From the NCBI GenBank assembly GCA_965205025.1, contig CBDBFU010000012.1, positions 384,001 to 448,000 of the forward strand: 64,000 bases of DNA, given 5' to 3'. The stretch's first letter is position 1. Each line of letters begins with the position of its first letter. Shown here piece by piece: positions 31,261 to 41,084 of the stretch. The position numbers were made by a program, and so were the translations under genes. This DNA comes from Candidatus Poribacteria bacterium. Lineage in GTDB: Bacteria > Poribacteria > WGA-4E > WGA-3G. Under the pieces are notes generated by a model that searched no databases, was not told the DNA's origin, and saw only the letters and a program-made list of their open reading frames with translations.

Positions 31261-32388
31261 GTGGAAACTAAAATACAATCACATGTTGAAATTGACCTAC
31301 TGAAAATACAAGATAACGCAAAATCAATTAAAGAGTATTGTAACAGAAAATTGATTGCTGTTGTTAAAGCTGATGCTTATGGACATGGAGCAATACAGGT
31401 TGCAGGTGTCTTACATAACATAACCGATATGTTTGCAGTCGCAACTGTTGAAGAAGGTATTGAACTACGACAAGCCGGTATACGAAATCCAATTCTTGTT
31501 TTATTTAGTACATTACCCGATACAGTTGATGAAATAATTTCTTATGAATTAACACCAACTATTGATAATTGGGATTTAGCTATAAGATTGAATGAAGCAG
31601 TCTTAGGTAGAAATTCATTACTTCAATTTGTACCAATTGAGAAAGCAAATATACATCTTGATATAAATACTGGTATGAATAGAAGTGGAATACCACACCT
31701 TGAAGTAAAAAACTTCATAGAAAAATTACAAACCCTCAATCGACTTGAACTTGAAGGGATTACAACACATCTGGCTACAGCAGAAGAAGATGATCAGACA
31801 TTTGTTAATCTACAATTACAGCGATTTGTTTCTTCAATTGAAGATGTTGAGAAATCAGATACAGGAATTCCATTTTTTCACGTTGCAAATAGCGAAGCGA
31901 CATTATCCATTCCTGATTCACATTTCGATGCAGTGAGACCTGGATTAGCTTTATATGGAATTTATCCTTCAAATTCATACTTTGTTGATTTACAACCAGC
32001 ACTACGTTGGAAAACACATGTAAATTGGGTTAATATGATTGATAGTGGTGAAGGGATTAGTTACGGACTGACCCATAAGGTTACACAACCAACGCGTATT
32101 GCCGGAATACAAGTCGGTTATGGAGATGGTTATCCACGCTCTCTTTCTAATAAAGGGGAGGTATTAATTGGTGGAAAAAGACGACCAATTCTTGGTAGAA
32201 TCTGTATGGATATTACTGTTGTTGGATTAGAAACAACAGATAACATTGAGATTGGTGATGAAGTAATCCTCATAGGCAAACAAGGAGACGAGGAGATTAC
32301 TGTTGATGAAATCGCTGAAAAAGCTGAAACAATCCCATACGAGATTCTTACCCAAATTGGTAGTCGGGTAAAAAGAATATATACTTAA
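31261..32388 (+). CDS. alr: Alanine racemase
   Basis: AVVKADAYGHG (PLP Lys), DINTGMNRSG, GYGDGY and GRICMD motifs. Confidence 0.95.
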   Translation: METKIQSHVEIDLLKIQDNAKSIKEYCNRKLIAVVKADAYGHGAIQVAGVLHNITDMFAVATVEEGIELRQAGIRNPILVLFSTLPDTVDEIISYELTPTIDNWDLAIRLNEAVLGRNSLLQFVPIEKANIHLDINTGMNRSGIPHLEVKNFIEKLQTLNRLELEGITTHLATAEEDDQTFVNLQLQRFVSSIEDVEKSDTGIPFFHVANSEATLSIPDSHFDAVRPGLALYGIYPSNSYFVDLQPALRWKTHVNWVNMIDSGEGISYGLTHKVTQPTRIAGIQVGYGDGYPRSLSNKGEVLIGGKRRPILGRICMDITVVGLETTDNIEIGDEVILIGKQGDEEITVDEIAEKAETIPYEILTQIGSRVKRIYT

Positions 32389-32601
32389 GACTATCAATCT
32401 AATCGGTTTAGGGTAAATATAGATTTAACGTGAATGGCATGCCAGATTCGTAAATCATAATACATTTACATTTAAAAATCACATGAAGAACAAAACTAAA
32501 TTACTCTAACATACAATCAAATTGTAATTGACCAATCCAATACGTATAATTATGTTAAAACAAATTTGTTGTTAATTTGTCACATCTACAAATTGACATG
32601 T

Positions 32602-32770
32602 CTATAATAACCAAAGTTGCATCTAACGAATTTTGATCGTATCAACACAGTTTTTCAGATACTTTCCTCACCCCAGAGGGGTGAAATGTCTATAGAATAA
32701 GGTATATCAACATCCAGCACTCCAGTGGAGTGCTATCTAAGTAAATGAGTGGCAACTGTGGTTATAATAG
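32602..32770. repeat. MITE-like element: inverted repeats bracketing twin hairpins
   Basis: CTATAATAACCAAAGTTGC ... GCAACTGTGGTTATAATAG around TCACCCC-AGA-GGGGTGA and AGCACTCC-AGT-GGAGTGCT. Confidence 0.55.
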
Positions 32771-32840
32771 TGTATTTTTCATCCTGAAGAATTAGAAAGT
32801 TATCTCATCAATACTATAGAATTTTAAAAAGGAGAACATT

Positions 32841-33635
32841 ATGTTAAAGAATATAAGATCTATAATAGTAGTAGTTATTTTTACACTACTCTTCCTTACA
32901 CCATTTGCAGGAGCTCAGTTTCCCACTGATGGAGTGATTAGTTATTGGTCGTTTGATACTGGTACGATAAATGGAAAAACTGTAAAAGATGTATTAGGTG
33001 ATAACGATGGAGAACTAACTGGTAATCCAAAAATAGTTAACGGTAAAGTTGGGAAAGCACTCGAATTCGATAGTAAAAACTTTGTCCATATCCCTGGAAC
33101 AAAAACCTTAGATTTCAATGGTGTTGAGACAATGAGTGTATCAGTGTGGGTATATGGGGCAAAGGATTCTCCCGTAGATGGTGCAGTTGCAGGAGTATGT
33201 TGTGGAACGATTGTTGCACAACGGGATACAAATGGATGGGCATTAAGATATGATGGAAGAAATGGTGGGGCTGAATACGAATTCATCACACAACCTGGAT
33301 GGCAAGGCGATGGTGGATTTGGGGTAGCAACATTTGCACAGAAAGAATGGCATCACCTTGTTGGTGTTGTTGATGGAAAAAAGAAATACCTTTACGCTGA
33401 TGGAAAATTAGCTAAAGAGAGTGATTACAATGGTCCCATGCAGGGTGGCACTGAAACTGAAATAGGCAGTGCTGGTGCAGATGGAGGATACATCGGAATT
33501 ATTGATGAAGTTGTTATCTATAATAGGGCAGTAACAGAGAAGGAAGTAAAGGAATTATTTACCGCAGAAGGTCTTACTGTTATACCTAAAGGAAAAGCAG
33601 CTGTACAGTGGGGATTAATAAAATCACGATTTTAG
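32841..33635 (+). CDS. Secreted LamG-like jellyroll protein
   Basis: Signal peptide, YWSFD, GKVGKALEF, WHHLVGV and GIIDEVVIYNRA; C-terminal GKAAVQWGLIK. Confidence 0.88.
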   Translation: MLKNIRSIIVVVIFTLLFLTPFAGAQFPTDGVISYWSFDTGTINGKTVKDVLGDNDGELTGNPKIVNGKVGKALEFDSKNFVHIPGTKTLDFNGVETMSVSVWVYGAKDSPVDGAVAGVCCGTIVAQRDTNGWALRYDGRNGGAEYEFITQPGWQGDGGFGVATFAQKEWHHLVGVVDGKKKYLYADGKLAKESDYNGPMQGGTETEIGSAGADGGYIGIIDEVVIYNRAVTEKEVKELFTAEGLTVIPKGKAAVQWGLIKSRF

Positions 33636-33695
33636 TTGATACATATCAAATATTGTATTATTGAATGAAGCCAAAGTGGGTTGTATTTACCGGCT

Positions 33696-33740
33696 TTTCT
33701 TCTGTAGGAAGGGATTCCGATCCCTTCCTACAGAAGAAAA
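33696..33740. repeat. GTAG-type REP palindrome
   Basis: TTTTCTTCTGTAGGAAGGGAT-TCCG-ATCCCTTCCTACAGAAGAAAA, a long perfect hairpin. Confidence 0.7.
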
Positions 33741-33818
33741 ACACCTAAAACTTTAGCGTGGACTGTCCACTACATTTAAAACACTTTTATTGTGTTATGG
33801 CAGATAACACATTGGTTA

Positions 33819-34073
33819 TTATCTTTTTAGATTAAGAAACTCATAAGGGTCAAACCACTCTTCGTTTTTAGTTAGAAGTTGGACACCTGCTGGAATATCC
33901 GCTTCAATTTGTGCAGGTATAGGCGTATTCGGATCCCGTGTTCTTGCGTTGTTTTCTATTTGCTGAAGAACCGATACATCACCCAAGATGTCTGTAATAT
34001 ATTTGACAACACCCAAATCCGGTAAGGTGACACCACCCAGTATCCATTTGTTTGTCAAAAAATCACGATACAT
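33819..34073 (-). CDS. Small hypothetical protein (possibly an internally deleted remnant)
   Basis: AAGGAG RBS upstream; begins MYRDFLTNKWILGGV, then the hydrophobic segment breaks off. Co-oriented after the STAS gene. Confidence 0.5.
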   Translation of the reverse strand: MYRDFLTNKWILGGVTLPDLGVVKYITDILGDVSVLQQIENNARTRDPNTPIPAQIEADIPAGVQLLTKNEEWFDPYEFLNLKR

Positions 34074-34108
34074 CGTAACACTCCTTGCTTATTGTTGATG
34101 AATTGTAT

Positions 34109-34468
34109 TCAAACTGTGTTGTTAAAACGATCTGAAAGTGCAGATATAGCTGCATCTTCAGTATCGAAACGTTCAAAAAGGCGTATTAAGCGGTTTTGAA
34201 CTATCAAGTTTCTCATATGTCTGCCAACATTGATGATACCGATACGACCCCCTTTTGCACGTACCATGTTGTATGCAGTGATGAACACACCCAGACCCGC
34301 ACTATCCATTTTATGTACATGCTCAAAATTAATAAGAATAGAAGGAGTTTGTGTCGAATCCACATGTTTTATCAAAGTTTGTCGTAATTCAGGTATGGCT
34401 TCACCAATGATTTTTCCAGTCGGTTCTAATATCGAGACGCCATTCTTCGAGTGAGTTAACGTTGCCAT
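34109..34468 (-). CDS. STAS domain anti-anti-sigma factor
   Basis: INFEHVHKMDSAGLGVF (phosphorylatable Ser motif) and FDTEDAAI. Confidence 0.88.
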   Translation of the reverse strand: MATLTHSKNGVSILEPTGKIIGEAIPELRQTLIKHVDSTQTPSILINFEHVHKMDSAGLGVFITAYNMVRAKGGRIGIINVGRHMRNLIVQNRLIRLFERFDTEDAAISALSDRFNNTV

Positions 34469-34698
34469 AAGTTCACCTCATCGTTTATATATGAATATGA
34501 TTCCAAATGATTGGAAGTGGTTGCCTTATTAACTATATAGATCTAAAGAGAAATTCTTTAGTTTTTTTTTAGAAATTGTGCTAAATTGTGAGCATGATAA
34601 AAAATAACTAAAGATTTTTTGATAAATCGTATATAATTAATATAGGAGTTATGATCTGATTCAAATGTATTCCCAACTATTTTTATGGGAGATAAACG

Positions 34699-35358
34699 AT
34701 GTCAGAACTAAGAACCCCTCAGAATAGAGGCAAATGTCCATTTTATGTTACCCCACAAAATCCACTTTCAGCGGAATCGTCCATAGATCAATGTGTGAAT
34801 TGTGTCAAAGGTAGCAAATCACAATTAGAAAGTCATGTACAAGATTTGCGTCAAATTGCGTTATTGACAATATTGGAAGAAACCCCGAAGTATGACCCGG
34901 ATCATCCCAGTGGAGCGAGTTATATTACCTTTATCAAGTCACGTGTATGCACACGGCTTTGGACGGAACGCCAAAAAGTGTTGCGCGAAATCCCTTTTAC
35001 CCATCAAGAAGAAACTGATAATATTGACAGTGACTCCAATCCGTTGACTGAAAAATTACAAGCACAAGCGTGTGAGATCAAAAATGTGGCGGATTCAGTA
35101 ATAAAACAAATAGAAGTCGAGACCTTAAAAAATTACTTGCCGGAACTTTTGAATAAACTGACACAAAAGGAACGGAGTGTCATTGAGATGAAGTTTTTCA
35201 AGGAGTTCAGTGGTATAGAGATTGCTGACATATTGGAAGTTTCAGAGGGACGCGTCAGCCAGATCACACAATCCGCATTAGCGAAACTTGGTAAAGCATA
35301 TTTGGGTACACTTGAAAAAGTTAAACACAATCCGTATCGAGATACAAGAAAAGAATAG
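34699..35358 (+). CDS. Alternative sigma70-family factor (FliA/SigB-like regions 2 and 4)
   Basis: Region 2 KYDPDHPSGASYITF..R and region 4 LTQKERSVI..EIADILEVSEGRVSQI..AL.KL. Confidence 0.82.
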   Translation: MSELRTPQNRGKCPFYVTPQNPLSAESSIDQCVNCVKGSKSQLESHVQDLRQIALLTILEETPKYDPDHPSGASYITFIKSRVCTRLWTERQKVLREIPFTHQEETDNIDSDSNPLTEKLQAQACEIKNVADSVIKQIEVETLKNYLPELLNKLTQKERSVIEMKFFKEFSGIEIADILEVSEGRVSQITQSALAKLGKAYLGTLEKVKHNPYRDTRKE

Positions 35359-35511
35359 TTCTATAATAGTGGACATATCCAAGGGGAGGAATTAACCTAA
35401 ACAGTTTAATACACGGGATGAAAAGTAATTGTTGGCTATCACCTATTAGATTTCACACCAATATTCGGTAATTAAACATTTTTCTCCATACTCGCTATGA
35501 GTTGAAAATAA

Positions 35512-35546
35512 AAAAGGATAATATTGATAAACAATATTATCCTTTT
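35512..35546. terminator. Bidirectional terminator between convergent sigma and LamG genes
   Basis: AAAAGGATAATATTG-ATAAA-CAATATTATCCTTTT perfect 15-bp stem with T/A tails on both sides. Confidence 0.7.
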
Positions 35547-35582
35547 CTTCAGCAATTATTCGTTTACTTAATTCAGTTGGTT

Positions 35583-37287
35583 TTAATATTTAACCTTAAT
35601 CTTGCCCCATTTTGTTGCTATCTTGCCTTCTGCTTCTACAGAAGTAAGTGTGGGAGCCAATCCATTTTTCATTAATGTACTTATATCATCTGGTTCAAGC
35701 GCAACATCAAAAATTGCAACTTCATCAATTAGAGCATTACCAAACCTACCAGCACAACAACTATCTTTACCTATAAATACCGGACCACTATCAGCATCAA
35801 GTGGAGTTTTATTTAGATCCATTTCGCTCTCTTCTTTGCCATCAATGTAAATAATCCATTTGCCGGTATCACTATTATAGGTTGTAGTATACATATGCCA
35901 TTCGGTAATATCTGCTGGTCCAACAGCACCATCACTCCAACCACCTGGTTTATTCCAACAACCACCATTACATAATGCCCATGCAACATTTTTCGAATTC
36001 TGATTTGGATGTAGAACATAAGCATTACGCTTTTCTACAAACCAACCATGTGCATTCCATGTGTCTGTATTACTCTTGACCCAAAGTGAGATAGTGATTT
36101 GTTCCCGTGGATTTTCATGGGCAGGAACTTCTATAAAAGCATCAGTTCCATTAAATTCAAGTGCTTTGCCGAATTTACCATTAACCCAATTTATAGTGAC
36201 CATCAGAATTAAAGAGACATTTTTTGTATTTTGTAGTAGAATGTGTCTATTATGGCATATTCAACAGATTTACGCAAACGCGTTTTAGATTTTATTGAAG
36301 CTGGCGGGAAAAAAGCCGAAGCTGCCCGTCGTTTTTCTCTGAATCGTTCAACGATTTATAGATGGTTAGCCGCTGAAGACCCGCTTTCGACCCAAAAACC
36401 GGGGCCCAAAAACATGAGAGTGCTTGACGAGGCAGCACTGAAAAAACATGTCGCTGATTTCCCAGACTTGACGCAAAACGAACGCGCCTCACATTTCGGT
36501 GTTTCAGAGTCTTCTATAGCCTATGGGTTGCGGAAACTCGGCATCACACGAAAAAAAAACAATCGGATATAAGGAGCGGTGCGATGAGAAACGTAGGGGC
36601 TACCGTCAGACACTCACCGAGAAACACGCCGCTGGTAAAAAGATAGTTTATGTTGATGAATGCGGTTTTCGTGCTGAAAGTTATAGGCGTCATGGCTATG
36701 CCCCGAAAGGTGAATGTGTCTTAGGTTTGATCTCAGGCACAAGAACACGAACAACGACGCTGGTCGCAGCACGTATCGGTTCGACTTTTACGGCACCTTG
36801 TTTGTTTGATGGAAGCTGCGATTCTGCGTGTTTCAATGCGTGGCTTGAAGCCTATTTATGTCCACGGTTGTCTGTCTCAGACGTGGTTGTTCTTGATAAT
36901 GCGAAGATCCACAAGACGCTTCGGACGCGTGAGTTGATAGAAGCATCGGGAGCAGAGGTATTGTTTTTGCCACCTTATTCACCGGACTACAACCCGATTG
37001 AACACGACTTTGCGAATATCAAACGTCTCAGAGAATACAATGCTGATATAACCATTGATGAAGTTATAAACATGTATCATTAATTCTAAAGTTTACTATA
37101 GTTTCCCTTGAAGAGTTCCATTAAGTTCATTGCCCGAAAGATCTTCAGCAACTGTTCCTTTACCTTCATCAAATAACCATGCACCTACAACATTTTCAAT
37201 ATCAATTTCTGCTCGCACATTCATCTGAAATAATCCCATACTAAAACTAAGACAGATGATAATAGTGACCAAATTATTTAACTTCAT
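35583..37287 (-). pseudogene. Secreted LamG protein gene interrupted by an IS630
   Basis: N-terminal part (37096-37287: signal peptide, GAWLFDEG) and C-terminal part (NWVNGKFGKALEF...GKIATKWGKIK) rejoin in frame as ...LQGKLNWVNG... when the IS and one TA are removed. Confidence 0.9.
36194..37098 (+). mobile_element. IS630-family insertion sequence (split transposase)
   Basis: Imperfect TIRs TAGTGACCATCAGAATTAA / TTAATTCTAAAGTTTACTA with TA duplication (36192-36193, 37099-37100). HTH ORF 36243-36572 and DDE ORF to 37083 (VDE, LDNA, NPIE) overlap at an A9 run (36551-36559). Confidence 0.92.
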
Positions 37288-37735
37288 TATTTCACTCCTA
37301 TATTAGTTGTTTTTGTTGTTTTTAGTATACTATACCGTAGAGTTTAAGGTTAATTGTCTGGTAATTATTGTCTGGTAATTATTATTTCTCATAATTAATC
37401 CAACAAACAAGATATGTCTGTGATATAAAGCATATCATGAAGTGAATATAAGTCAAGAAAAATCTTGTAATGAATGTGGGATTGTAACATATCTTCATTT
37501 GACATGTATTGAATTAACATGTTAAACTCTATCCTAACTACTTAGTATGACTACATACCATATTATTCTGAATTAAGGATAAATAGGTGTTTTTACTAAC
37601 TTAAAATCTTGATTCTTAGATATTTTCAATTGAGAAACTATCGCACATCCTATTCCAATTTAAAATACTCAGGAATTACGCAATACCTCTTAAAGTCCCC
37701 TTGATAAGGGGCGGGGAACGCCCGGTGAATGTCTA

Positions 37736-38976
37736 ATGAAGATTAATTTTTTAATTCGGTAAATTTTATTTTTGTGCTATCCTCTTGTTCAAGGAGGTAT
37801 TTATTCATGGCAAAACATCATAAACTTGAACTCAGTGAAACTGAACGACAAAAACTCGTTGAACTCCGTGATAAAGGCGAACCGGCTTATCTACGAGAAC
37901 GCGCTGCTGCCCTTTTGAAAATAAGCGAGGGGTTTTCCCCTCACAAAGTCGCCCGAAAAATGCTCTTGAAAGAACGCGATCCTGATACGGTCTATTCGTG
38001 GCTTCACCGATACAATGAAAACGGTATTCAAGGTTTATTCTATACACCCGGTCGTGGTCGCAAACCTGCTTATTCCCCTAAATCCCCCGAAGAAGCAGAG
38101 GCGGAGGTCTATAATACTATCGCACAGGGACCTGAACAACATAATCCGCATCAAACACGATGGACACTCCGATCCCTTGGAAACATCGTCCCTTGGCTCA
38201 GTGATGTGTCTGTGCCGGGTATTCACAAAATCCTTAGTCGACTCGGTCTCAGCTATAAACGCGCTCGCTTATACATACATAGTCCGGATACAGACTATGC
38301 CCAAAAAATAGACAGGGTCCAGCAAGTTTTGGAAGAGACCCGTCAACATCCACAGACCTGTGTTGCGCTTTACCAAGATGAGTTCTCGTTTTATCGCAAC
38401 CCTACCATAGCAAAAGACTGGGCACAAACAGGCACGAAAACACCTTTAGCCCGTCAGAGCTACAGACACAACCAAACGTGCTATGGGATCGGGGCTCTGA
38501 ACCCACATACTGGAGATGTTGTTTACCAGCAAGTTTCACGCTGCACTGCTGAAGCACTTCATTCTTTTTACACCGAGATTTGCCAACGCTACGCAAACAA
38601 GCAACGGATATATTTGATACAAGACAATTGGTCAACCCACTTTCAAGCTAACTTATTGGAAGCACTTCTCCCGCAAACAGCATCGTTTGTGAAACCGAAG
38701 CCACCGAATTGGACAGGTAAACCCTCAGAGAAAATCGGAACACTACAAAAACTTCCGATTGAGATAATACAACTACCGACTTATGCGCCGTGGACGAACC
38801 CGATTGAAAAGTTATGGCGATGGGTGCGTCAATCGGTTTTACATAACCATCGTCATTGCGATGATTGGGAAATCGTGAAAGACAAGGTGATTAGTTTTAT
38901 GTCGCAGTTCATAGGAGGATCACAGATGCTGCTACGCCAGATCGGATTATTACCGAATTAAAAAATTAATCTTCAT
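37736..38976 (+). mobile_element. IS630-family insertion sequence (single-ORF transposase 37774/37807-38961)
   Basis: Perfect 27-bp TIRs ATGAAGATTAATTTTTTAATTCGGTAA (37736-37762, 38950-38976); YQDE, IQDN and LPTYAPWTNPIEKLW motifs; stop codon lies in the right TIR. Confidence 0.92.
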
Positions 38977-39176
38977 ATGACATTCATACCCGGGGAATGC
39001 TAAATAGCATTCATACCGTTGATTCCTCAATTCCTTGATTCCTTAGGGGTTAAAAGACAAAAAAGCAATTAATTATCGGATTTTTTTGAATAAAATCTCC
39101 TGTTTTCTACACAAACTACGTAAGTCCTGATACTCTTATGTGATAGTTATATAATATTCTTTATACATTAATTGGT

Positions 39177-41078
39177 GTGATTATGAAACGACAATTCTTT
39201 TGTTCTATCCTAATTCTATTCTTCATTATATCTGTTATACCTCTTACTGCACAAGATTATACACAATGGGGACTTCCAGATGGTGCGATTGCTCGATTGG
39301 GAAAAGGTAAATTGTACCAGATTAGATATTCACCAGATGGAAAAACATTAGCCGTGGCAGGTTCAATCGGTATATGGATATATGATTCATTTACTGGTGC
39401 AGAATTAAAACTCATAACTGGACATACGGATGCTATAGAATGTATTGCTATCAGTTCTGATGGAAAATTATTAGCATCTGGTAGTAATGATGACACAATA
39501 CGACTTTGGAACCTAAATACTGGTAAGAGAATGGCTACACTCATAGGACATTATGATGACGTTAGAGGAGTAGCTTTCACTCCTGATGGAAAATTATTAG
39601 CAAGTACAAGTGAGGATGCCACTGTATGCTTATGGGATCTTGAAAATTATAAACTTAAAAAGAGACTATCTGGTCATTCTGCATGGGGTAGAGTTGTTGC
39701 ATTTAGTTCTGATGGAACTATTCTGGCAAGTGGGAATAACGATGGTACTATTAGACTATGGGATGGAATTACAGGAAAATTCCTAAAGAAAATCCCAGGA
39801 CATTCAAGAGGTGTTACCTCATTAGCATTTAGTCCTGACAATAAAACTATAGTCAGTGGTTCTGATGATGGGACAATAGGATTCTGGGATACAGATTCAG
39901 CCCAGGATAAACTTATCTTCACAGCACATTCATGGTATGTTGTATCGGTTGCGTTTTCTCCTGATGGTAATACTGTTGCAAGTGCAAGTTATGATAATGC
40001 AATTCATTTGTGGAATGCAGATACTGGAGAAAAAATAAATTCACTTACAGGTCATACACATCCCGTTGTATCTGTGCAATATTCACCCAATGGGAATACC
40101 ATTGTAAGTGGTAGTCAGGATGGTACAATTCGATTCTGGCATCCACGTACTGCCAGAGAGAAGAATATTCTTGTTGGACATACAAGTGATGTCAAATCTA
40201 TTGCCTTTACCCCTGATGGAAAAACACTTGCAAGTGGGAATTCAGAAAAAACTATACACCTATGGGATATACCTACAAGATCCTACAAAAATACTCTTAT
40301 TGGACATTCAGAAACTGTAGGTAGCGTTGCAATTAGTCCTGATGGTTCTCTACTTGCAAGTGGCAGTTGGGATGGTACAATACGACTTTGGGATATACAA
40401 AACGGAAAAGAAAAATATACACTTAACGATCATGTTGGTAATGTTGCATCTGTAACCTTTTCCCCCGATGGAACTAAGATCGCAAGTGGTAGTTATGATA
40501 ACTCTGTTCGTATATGGGATTCAACCACTGCTGAAGTAATACATACCATTAATAAGCATACAGATAGAGTTAGAGCAGTAGCCTTTTCTCCTGATGGAAA
40601 AACACTTGCAAGTGGTGACGGTGATAACACTATATTATTCTGGAATCCTGAAACAGGTTTACCAAAGAAAATGTCATCATTGAAAACGCTATTTAACAAA
40701 GTAATTACCCATTCGCACCAAATTACAGGACTCCAATTTAATCCAAATGGAACTACATTTGCAAGTTCAAGTGATGATAGAACAGTGGGACTATGGAATG
40801 CTAAGACTGGAAAAAATAAGAAAATGTTAAAAGGACACAATAGGTTTGTGTTAGATGTCACATACTCACCGGATGGAAATCTCTTAGCAACTTGTAGTTG
40901 GGATAAAATGATTCGATGCTGGAATGCAGATACAGGAGAACATATTACAGGATTTATTGGTCATACTGGATATGTTCTTTCTGTCGCATTCTCGCCTGAA
41001 GAGAAAATCCTTGCAAGTGGTAGTAATGATGGTACTGTTCTCTTATGGGATGTGTCAAATTTCCTAAAGGACAAGTAA
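39177..41078 (+). CDS. Secreted WD40-repeat protein
   Basis: Signal peptide, QWGLPDGAIARLGKG N-terminus and about 13-14 GH...SPDG..LASGS.D.TIRLWD repeats. Confidence 0.92.
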   Translation: MIMKRQFFCSILILFFIISVIPLTAQDYTQWGLPDGAIARLGKGKLYQIRYSPDGKTLAVAGSIGIWIYDSFTGAELKLITGHTDAIECIAISSDGKLLASGSNDDTIRLWNLNTGKRMATLIGHYDDVRGVAFTPDGKLLASTSEDATVCLWDLENYKLKKRLSGHSAWGRVVAFSSDGTILASGNNDGTIRLWDGITGKFLKKIPGHSRGVTSLAFSPDNKTIVSGSDDGTIGFWDTDSAQDKLIFTAHSWYVVSVAFSPDGNTVASASYDNAIHLWNADTGEKINSLTGHTHPVVSVQYSPNGNTIVSGSQDGTIRFWHPRTAREKNILVGHTSDVKSIAFTPDGKTLASGNSEKTIHLWDIPTRSYKNTLIGHSETVGSVAISPDGSLLASGSWDGTIRLWDIQNGKEKYTLNDHVGNVASVTFSPDGTKIASGSYDNSVRIWDSTTAEVIHTINKHTDRVRAVAFSPDGKTLASGDGDNTILFWNPETGLPKKMSSLKTLFNKVITHSHQITGLQFNPNGTTFASSSDDRTVGLWNAKTGKNKKMLKGHNRFVLDVTYSPDGNLLATCSWDKMIRCWNADTGEHITGFIGHTGYVLSVAFSPEEKILASGSNDGTVLLWDVSNFLKDK

Positions 41079-41084
41079 AAAACA

